64,000 bases of DNA from Candidatus Limnocylindrales bacterium (GTDB lineage: Bacteria > Actinomycetota > Actinomycetes > Mycobacteriales > Micromonosporaceae). Every line of letters starts with the position of its first letter. The first letter of the stretch is position 1. Location: assembly GCA_036377915.1 (NCBI GenBank), contig DASUXL010000186.1, forward strand, positions 3,168 through 67,167, given 5' to 3'. Under the pieces are notes generated by a model that was given only the letters and a program-made list of their open reading frames with translations, made no database searches and was not told where the DNA came from. The position numbers were made by a program, and so were the translations under genes. Positions 30,186 to 36,954 of the stretch are shown here, piece by piece.

Positions 30186-31214
30186 TTACAGATACTGCCC
30201 GATCCGTTCGTCGCCTTCGGGGGACCGGCCACCCGGCTTGTCCCCCTCGACGAAGAAGCGCTTGCCGCCGAACTCGCCGTGCAGCCGGTCGTCGAGTTCG
30301 TCGGCGAGGCCGGTCATGACCTGGATCGCCAGGGACAGGTGGGTGGCCTGGAAGTCACGGCCAAAGACCGGCACCGACGCCCACACCGTGCCGGAGGTGC
30401 AGTAGAGCCGGCCGATGGGCATGCGGTTGGTCAGTTCGGAGAGCTTGACGAACAGCTTCTCGCTCGGTTCGATCTCGGTGAGGACCGGGGAGAAGACGTC
30501 GATGAGCGGGGGATTGTCGCGGACCCGGACGAAGACCATGGCGGATCCGGCGCGGATGCCGATGTCGCCGTCGCCGTCGACGGCAAGCTCGTCGGGGTCG
30601 GTCTTGGTGAGGGCGGCGACCACGATGCGGACCCGTTCGGCGAGGTCGAGGCCTGCCAGCGAGACCGATTCGATGGTGGGGATGGCGCTGTCCAATGAGG
30701 ACTCGTGCCGGGCGGAGGCGAGCTGGGTCACGGTGAGCGCGTTGTCCTCGCCGTCGCGCGTGGCGTAGACGAGGAAGGCGGGGTGCGGCGCGCCGTAGAC
30801 GTCGCGCAGCGTCCGCGTGACGATCGTCGCGACGGCATCGCTGTCGTCTTCGCTGCTTGCCAGGCCGAAGCTGTCACCGGAGCCGGCCAGCACTCCAGGC
30901 GGCGACCAGCCCAGCGCCACCATCCGCGCGACCGAGGCGCGGTCGAGCCGGAAACCCTCCGGCAGGCTGGCGTTCCCGACCGCGAGGGCCGTGGTGCCGG
31001 CGTCGGTCTTTCGCACGCTGACCCCGTAGACCGCGTCCCCGGTGCCCGAAGCCGTCGGGTCCAGCGTGACCTCAAGGCGCGATCCGGCGGGCAACGTCGG
31101 CAGCGCACCCTGCAGCGCACGCGCGAAATCGCGCCAGGCCTCGGTCACCTTGGCACCTAGATCGGCCGTTGTCGGCTCGTCCAACAACTCCGCCTCCGGC
31201 AGATCTGATGGCAT
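30186..31214 (-). CDS. Two-domain T3SS/YbjN peptide-binding chaperone-like (TY-Chap) protein with C-terminal GQYL
   Basis: N-domain W..F...L, MVALGWSPP, TLRDVYGAPHPAFL; C-domain DGDGDI.IRAGSAMVFV, ADELDDRL...FGG; last codons GGG CAG TAT CTG TAA. Domain call from recall. Confidence 0.7.
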   Translation of the reverse strand: MPSDLPEAELLDEPTTADLGAKVTEAWRDFARALQGALPTLPAGSRLEVTLDPTASGTGDAVYGVSVRKTDAGTTALAVGNASLPEGFRLDRASVARMVALGWSPPGVLAGSGDSFGLASSEDDSDAVATIVTRTLRDVYGAPHPAFLVYATRDGEDNALTVTQLASARHESSLDSAIPTIESVSLAGLDLAERVRIVVAALTKTDPDELAVDGDGDIGIRAGSAMVFVRVRDNPPLIDVFSPVLTEIEPSEKLFVKLSELTNRMPIGRLYCTSGTVWASVPVFGRDFQATHLSLAIQVMTGLADELDDRLHGEFGGKRFFVEGDKPGGRSPEGDERIGQYL

Positions 31215-31252
31215 GGGTTGCCCTCCGTGTTCCGTATGTCCAGGCGACGCTT

Positions 31253-31474
31253 TCAGGCGCGCACCAGCGCTGTCAATCGGTTGGCCAGCTCGTGCGGATC
31301 TCCGCCCCGCCCGACAGCCAATCCCAGCAGATATGTGCTGATGGGGGCAGCGGGTCGGGCGGCGTTGTGCGCCACCTCACGGGCGAGGTCGAGCACCAGC
31401 TCGGTGTCGACGTCGGCGGCGGTGAGCCCGAGCTCGGCCGTTGCCGACGCGATGAACTCCTCAAGCTTGTTCAT
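31253..31474 (-). CDS. Small Moco-associated protein (DUF6457-like)
   Basis: VLDLAREVAHNAARPAAPISTYLLG; coupled to mobA. Confidence 0.75.
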   Translation of the reverse strand: MNKLEEFIASATAELGLTAADVDTELVLDLAREVAHNAARPAAPISTYLLGLAVGRGGDPHELANRLTALVRA

Positions 31475-32031
31475 AACAGCCTTTCAGCTAGTTCCAGGTC
31501 CTGCGGCGTGTCGCAGTCGAACCACGGCGGGGGTTCTTTGCCGGTCCACCGGATTGCGCGGACGTTGCCCGTTCCTTTCAAAAGATCTTTCATTTTCACG
31601 GGTACCGATTCAAGCGCCCCGGACAGGGCGGGCGCTCGCCACAGGGAAACCATCGACTGCCATCTTCCTTCATCATCCACATACAGCACCGCCGCGCCCG
31701 AGTGCTGTCGCAATGTCGCCAATGCCGTTGTCGTCAGGAACGGCAGATCCGCCGCGACCACCGCGATCTCGTCCGCGCCCGCGCATTGGGCCATCCCGGC
31801 CGCCAGCCCCACCACCGGACCTCCGCCCGGCGGCTGCTCGCGGGTCAGCTCCACCCCGTCGGGCAGTTCCGGCCGCAGCTGCGGCGGGCCGACCACGACG
31901 ATGCGGTCCGCGTCGGCGACCGCCGCGATCACGCGGGAAAGGATGGTGCGGCCCTTGATGCGCAGCAGCGGCTTGAGCACGCCGCCCATGCGGCTCGCCT
32001 CGCCCCCGGCCAGCACAATCGCGGCGTACAT
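31471..32031 (-). CDS. mobA: Molybdenum cofactor guanylyltransferase MobA-like
   Basis: IVLAGGEASRMGG..K, GGGP..G, AADLP, DCDTPQDL. Confidence 0.8.
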   Translation of the reverse strand: MYAAIVLAGGEASRMGGVLKPLLRIKGRTILSRVIAAVADADRIVVVGPPQLRPELPDGVELTREQPPGGGPVVGLAAGMAQCAGADEIAVVAADLPFLTTTALATLRQHSGAAVLYVDDEGRWQSMVSLWRAPALSGALESVPVKMKDLLKGTGNVRAIRWTGKEPPPWFDCDTPQDLELAERLL

Positions 32032-32043
32032 GATCCAGCTCCC

Positions 32044-32070
32044 TGTGGATAAGTCGGCGTGTCATCCACA
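32044..32070. promoter_or_regulatory. Inverted pair of DnaA boxes
   Basis: TGTGGATAA (32044-52, perfect) and TCATCCACA (32062-70, one mismatch) between divergent mobA and DUF4192. Confidence 0.65.
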
Positions 32071-32121
32071 GGTTAGCGATCATGCCTACCCGTCGATGCC
32101 TCGGGTGACAAAGCTCGGCCC

Positions 32122-33081
32122 ATGAGCCTGCAGGTGTCGCTGCGAACCCGCGAGGACCTCCTCGCCATCACGCCCTATCAGCTCGGCTTCCACCCGGATG
32201 ACAGCGTAGTCGTGCTCGGGTTCAGCAGGCACCGGCTCAAGCTGGCGGCCCGCTGCGACGCCGATGCTCCCCCGCACGAGATGATCCGCCAGTTCAGCAC
32301 CGCCCTGGTGCGGGTGCGCGGCGTCAGAGCCGTGGCCCTGCTCGCCTACGGCAAGGAGTGGGTGGCCGAGCCCACCAAGCTGGTCTCCGAGGGATTGCGC
32401 AAGCGCGGCTTCCAGATCGTCCAGACCCTTCGGATCACCGGCACGCGCTATTTCTGCCTGGCGTGTGAGGACTGCACCCCCGCCTCGGGCGTCCCGTTCG
32501 ACCCGTCCGCCAGCGCCGCCGCGGCGAGCTGCACCTTCGCCGGCCTGGTGGCCCGCCCCGATCGCGACTCGGTGGAGCGGCTGGTGCGCCCGATCGGCGG
32601 CCTCGCCGGGGTCGCCATGGCCCAGGCCGTCGACCGGGCCGAGCAGCGCCTGGCCGGCCTGCGCGACAACGCCGAGCTTGTCGCCGAGGGCCGGCTCGCC
32701 GTCGACGCCGCTTTCGAGCTCACCGGGGCCGGCGAGCGCCTCGACGACGACCGGGTCGCCTGGCTCAGCGTCCTGATCGCCGACACCGAGGTGCGTGACC
32801 ACGCCTGGGCGCGCACCGACAGCGAGGACTGGCAGCTTGACCTGTGGCTCGACCTGACCCGCCGGGCCGAGCCGATCCTCGCCACCCCCTTCGCCGCCCT
32901 GCTCGGCTGGTGCGCCTGGCGCCGCGGCGACGGCGTGCTCGCCTGGGCCGCGCTTGAGCGGGCGCACCGCATCGACCCCACCTACGCCCTCACCAACGTC
33001 CTTCTCGGCGCGCTCCGTGCCGCACAGCCACCCTCCACCATCGGCCAGTGGCCCCCGCCCAAGTCCCGCCCGTCCCGGTAG
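32122..33081 (+). CDS. DUF4192-like protein
   Basis: DLLAITPYQLGFHPDDSVVV, VRD.AW, LW.DLTRR, AWRRGDG..A. Confidence 0.75.
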   Translation: MSLQVSLRTREDLLAITPYQLGFHPDDSVVVLGFSRHRLKLAARCDADAPPHEMIRQFSTALVRVRGVRAVALLAYGKEWVAEPTKLVSEGLRKRGFQIVQTLRITGTRYFCLACEDCTPASGVPFDPSASAAAASCTFAGLVARPDRDSVERLVRPIGGLAGVAMAQAVDRAEQRLAGLRDNAELVAEGRLAVDAAFELTGAGERLDDDRVAWLSVLIADTEVRDHAWARTDSEDWQLDLWLDLTRRAEPILATPFAALLGWCAWRRGDGVLAWAALERAHRIDPTYALTNVLLGALRAAQPPSTIGQWPPPKSRPSR

Positions 33082-33105
33082 CCTGACGGGAGGAAGGAGG
33101 TTTCG

Positions 33106-33630
33106 ATGACCGTGATGGAGATACGGATACCGCCCGACCTCACCGTTGACGACCTGGACGAGCTTCACCTGGACGGCCGCTACGAGCTGCACGAAGGAAA
33201 CCTCGTCATCATGTCCCCCGCATTGCCCTGGCATTACGACTTCGGCTGGCGCCTGGTGAATTACTTCCGGCGCAGGGGCCGCCACGCCAACGGTGAAGTC
33301 GGCCTCAAACTTGGCGAGAGCGAACTGCGCGTCCCCGATGTTGCCGTGTTCCATGGCCCATTCGATCGGCGCAGGACCAACTTCAAACCGTCCGACATCG
33401 CCATCGCCATCGAAGTGGTTTCGCCCTCGTCGGAAATCCAGGACAGCATCACCAAGCCATGGCAGTACGCACATGCGGGCATCCCTGAGTACTGGCGGGT
33501 GGAGTCGACCGAGGACACCGACGACGCGACCATCCACCAGTTCGTGCTGGGGCAGGACGCCGACGGCGAGCCGGCGTACCGCAAGTCCGGCGAGACGCGG
33601 CTGAGCGAGCTGGAGAAGGGCGCCGGATAA
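33106..33630 (+). CDS. Uma2 family endonuclease-like protein
   Basis: RYELHEG.L..SP, VPDVAV, IEVVSPSS...D...K...YA.AGIPEYW.V. Confidence 0.88.
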   Translation: MTVMEIRIPPDLTVDDLDELHLDGRYELHEGNLVIMSPALPWHYDFGWRLVNYFRRRGRHANGEVGLKLGESELRVPDVAVFHGPFDRRRTNFKPSDIAIAIEVVSPSSEIQDSITKPWQYAHAGIPEYWRVESTEDTDDATIHQFVLGQDADGEPAYRKSGETRLSELEKGAG

Positions 33631-33635
33631 AGCAC

Positions 33636-34520
33636 GTGGACTTGGCCTACCTGCGCGAGCACCCGCAGCACCTGCGCACTTTCCTGACACATCAACGCAT
33701 CCGTGAGACGCCGGTCGAGGGCGGGTCGATCTGCCGCGCCTCGCGCCTGACCTTCGACAGCGGGGAGTCAATCTTCGTCAAGGAGTGGCCCAAAGGCGAA
33801 GCGCCGCAAGGGTTTTTCCACGCCGAGGCGAGCGGCCTGCGGTGGCTGGCCGAGACGCGGAGCGTGGCCGTGCCCGAGGTACTGGTCGAGACGAGCGACC
33901 TGCTGGGGCTGGAGTGGGTGGAGCACGGCGAGCCGACCCGGGCCGCGGCCGAGCGGTTTGGACGGTCGCTGGCGGCGATGCATCGTGCCGGCGCCGGCGG
34001 TTTCGGCGCGGGGTGGGCCGGGTTTCACGGTTCGGCGCCGATGGACAACACACCGAGCGGCGATCCTTGGCACGTTTGGTATTCGCGGCGGCGGCTGATC
34101 CCGTACCTCAAAATGTCGAGGGAGCGAAAGGCACTCACCGCAACCGACGGGGCTTTGGTGGAGCGCGTCATCGGCAAGCTCGACGGCGCGGGTGACGAGC
34201 CTCCCGCTCGCATCCACGGCGACCTGTGGAGCGGCAACCTGCTGTGGGGTGCGGACGGCCGGTGCTGGCTGGTCGATCCGGCGGCGCAGGGCGGGCATCG
34301 CGAGACGGATCTGGCCTATCTCATGCTGTGGGGCGGTGCGCCGCATCTTGGCACCATCCTCGCCGCGTATCAGGAGGTCTGGCCGCTTGCCGACGGCTGG
34401 CGGGAAAGGGTTCCGATCCACCAGCTTTCGATGTATCTGCTCCACACCGCACTTTTCGGCGAGGCTTTCGCCCCCGGCGTACGCGAAACGGCGGAGGCAT
34501 GTGAGCGCCAAAGCGGATAA
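33636..34520 (+). CDS. Fructosamine kinase family protein
   Basis: EASGLRWL, IHGDLWSGN, DPAAQGGHRETDLA. Confidence 0.88.
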   Translation: MDLAYLREHPQHLRTFLTHQRIRETPVEGGSICRASRLTFDSGESIFVKEWPKGEAPQGFFHAEASGLRWLAETRSVAVPEVLVETSDLLGLEWVEHGEPTRAAAERFGRSLAAMHRAGAGGFGAGWAGFHGSAPMDNTPSGDPWHVWYSRRRLIPYLKMSRERKALTATDGALVERVIGKLDGAGDEPPARIHGDLWSGNLLWGADGRCWLVDPAAQGGHRETDLAYLMLWGGAPHLGTILAAYQEVWPLADGWRERVPIHQLSMYLLHTALFGEAFAPGVRETAEACERQSG

Positions 34521-34530
34521 CGTCGAACCC

Positions 34531-35532
34531 ATGACTGGTGATCCGGGACTGCTCGACAGGTATGGGCGGCGAGCCACCGATCTGCGGGTCTCCCTCACCG
34601 ACCGGTGCAACCTGCGGTGCAGCTACTGCATGCCCCCCGAGGGCCTGCCCTGGCTGCCCAAAGAGGAGATCCTCACCGACGCCGAGATCATCCGTTTGAT
34701 CGGCGTCGCCGCTCGGGACCTCGGCGTGACCGAGGTGCGTTTCACCGGCGGGGAGCCGCTGCTGCGCCCCGGCCTGGTGGAGATCGTCGCGGCGTGTGCC
34801 AAGTTGCTCTCCCGCCCCAGGCTGTCGCTGACCACCAACGCGATCGGCCTTGACCGGCTCGCGCTGGCGCTCAAGGATGCCGGGCTGGACAGGGTGAATG
34901 TGTCGCTGGACACACTCCACCCGGATCGCTTCGAGACCCTGGCGCACCGGCGCCGCTTCGACGACACGATCCGCGGGCTGCACACCGCGGCCAAGGTCGG
35001 GCTGACCCCGGTCAAAATCAACACCGTGCTGCTGCGCGGCATCAACGATGACGAGGCTCCAGCGTTGCTCCGGTTCGCCCTGGAACATGGTTATGAGCTG
35101 CGTTTCATCGAGCAGATGCCGCTCGACGCGCAGCACGGCTGGACCCGGGAAAATATGATCACCGCGGAGGAGATCCTGGCTTCATTGACGCCGCACTTCG
35201 ACCTGTCGCCGGATCCGGCGGCCCGCGGTGGCGCGCCCGCCGAGACCTGGCTGATCAACGGCGGCCCGGCCAAGGTCGGGGTGATCGGCTCGGTGACCCG
35301 CCCGTTCTGCGGCGACTGCGACCGGACCCGCCTGACCGCCGACGGCCAGGTGCGCAACTGCCTGTTCGCCCGCGGCGAGACGGACCTGCGGGGGCTGCTT
35401 CGCGGCGGCGCGGGTGACGACGCGATCGCCGCGACGTGGCGGGAGGCGATGTGGTCCAAGCTTCCCGGCCACGGCATCAACAATCCAGCTTTCCTCCAGC
35501 CTGCCCGTCCCATGTCCGCGATCGGTGGATAG
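34531..35532 (+). CDS. moaA: GTP 3',8-cyclase
   Basis: LRVSLTDRCNLRCSYCMP, FTGGEP, FCGDCDRTRLTADG..RNCL, C-terminal MSAIGG. Confidence 0.96.
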   Translation: MTGDPGLLDRYGRRATDLRVSLTDRCNLRCSYCMPPEGLPWLPKEEILTDAEIIRLIGVAARDLGVTEVRFTGGEPLLRPGLVEIVAACAKLLSRPRLSLTTNAIGLDRLALALKDAGLDRVNVSLDTLHPDRFETLAHRRRFDDTIRGLHTAAKVGLTPVKINTVLLRGINDDEAPALLRFALEHGYELRFIEQMPLDAQHGWTRENMITAEEILASLTPHFDLSPDPAARGGAPAETWLINGGPAKVGVIGSVTRPFCGDCDRTRLTADGQVRNCLFARGETDLRGLLRGGAGDDAIAATWREAMWSKLPGHGINNPAFLQPARPMSAIGG

Positions 35533-35763
35533 ATGATCACTGTTCGTTATTTCGCCGGTGCCCGCGCCGCCGCAGGGGTGGCCGAGGAGTCGCTGCCCGC
35601 CGGCATCACCCTTGCCGACATCGGGCAGGACAGGGGCGAGCGGCTGCAGAAGGTGCTGCTTTCAGCCAGTTTTCTGGTGAACGGGTTAGCGTGGCATGAT
35701 CGCGCGGCGCCTTTGCCGGCCGGTGCGACCGTGGACGTGCTACCGCCCTTTGCCGGAGGATGA
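35533..35763 (+). CDS. moaD: Molybdopterin synthase sulfur carrier
   Basis: VRYFA..RAAAG, C-terminal PPFAGG. Confidence 0.9.
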   Translation: MITVRYFAGARAAAGVAEESLPAGITLADIGQDRGERLQKVLLSASFLVNGLAWHDRAAPLPAGATVDVLPPFAGG

Positions 35764-36944
35764 CTTTGCTGCAAGGCCTGATTTTCCTGGGTCTGGTCCT
35801 GATCGTGATCGGGCCGATCCACTGGTACCTGTGGCGGCGCCTGGTCAAGGACACCACCCGCCCCGGTCGGTGGCGCAAGATCGGCACCATCGTGTTCCTT
35901 GCCCTCGTCGCCAGCCTGCTGGGCGGGTTCATCATCGAGAACCTCGTGTTCTCGCTGGTCGGCTACATGTGGCTGGCGGTCCTGTTCTACCTGCTGCTCG
36001 CCCTGCTCGCGCTGGAGATCCCGCGTCAGATCCTGCTGCGGACAAAGGCGCCCAAGGGCGAGGCCGTCCAGCAGTCCGCGGGCGCGATCGCCCCGGTGCT
36101 CGCCGACACCGAGGTCAAGGGGGTCGAGCGGCGGCTGGTGCTCTCCCGCGGCGCGGCGATCTTTGCCGGGTTGACCGCGACCGGGCTTGTCGGCTTCGGC
36201 ACCCGGACCGCGCTCGGGCCTCCCGTCCTCAAACGCATCCAGATCCCGCTGGCCAAGCTCCCGTCGAGCATGGACGGGTACAAGATCGCCCTGGTGAGCG
36301 ACATCCACCTCGGCCCGCTGACCGGCGTCGACCACTCGCGCCGCATCGTCGAAGCGATCAACGGCATGAACGCCGATCTCGTCGCCGTCGTCGGTGACCT
36401 CGTCGACGGCAGCGTCGAGGACCTGCGCGACGAGGCCGCTCCCCTGCGCGACCTGCGCAGCCGCGACGGCGCTTTCTTCGTCACCGGCAACCACGAGTAC
36501 TACTCGGGTGCCGAGCAGTGGCTTGCCGAGGTGACCCGCCTGGGCATGCGCCCGCTGCGCAACGAACGGCTGGAGATCGGCGGCTTCGACCTTGCCGGCG
36601 TCGACGACGTCACCGGTTCGCAGTTCGACCTCGGCGGCCCCGATTTCGGCAAGGCGCTGGGCGGGCGCGACCAGGCGCGCCCGGTGATCCTGCTCGCCCA
36701 CCAGCCCGTCGTGGCACGTGACGCGGCGCGGTACAAAGTGGATCTGCAGCTGTCCGGCCACACGCACGGCGGCCAGATGGTGCCGTTCAACTACATCGCC
36801 CGCCTCCAGCAGCCCGTCATCTCCGGATTGGGCGATGTGGACGGCGTGAAGGTGTATGTGACGAACGGCGCCGGTTTCTGGGGTCCACCCGTTCGGGTCG
36901 GCGCGCCCCCGGATATCACGCTCGTGGAGTTGCGCGCCGCGTAA
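35760..36944 (+). CDS. Membrane-anchored metallophosphoesterase
   Basis: N-terminal TMs; SDIH, GDLVD, GNHE, AHQP, SGHTHGGQ. Confidence 0.9.
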   Translation: MTLLQGLIFLGLVLIVIGPIHWYLWRRLVKDTTRPGRWRKIGTIVFLALVASLLGGFIIENLVFSLVGYMWLAVLFYLLLALLALEIPRQILLRTKAPKGEAVQQSAGAIAPVLADTEVKGVERRLVLSRGAAIFAGLTATGLVGFGTRTALGPPVLKRIQIPLAKLPSSMDGYKIALVSDIHLGPLTGVDHSRRIVEAINGMNADLVAVVGDLVDGSVEDLRDEAAPLRDLRSRDGAFFVTGNHEYYSGAEQWLAEVTRLGMRPLRNERLEIGGFDLAGVDDVTGSQFDLGGPDFGKALGGRDQARPVILLAHQPVVARDAARYKVDLQLSGHTHGGQMVPFNYIARLQQPVISGLGDVDGVKVYVTNGAGFWGPPVRVGAPPDITLVELRAA

Positions 36945-36954
36945 ACTCCCCGGC

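Noticed and set aside
33106-33630. Uma2 gene as part of a defence system
   Set aside because: Solitary Uma2 genes are common in actinomycetes; no methylase or other defence partner is adjacent
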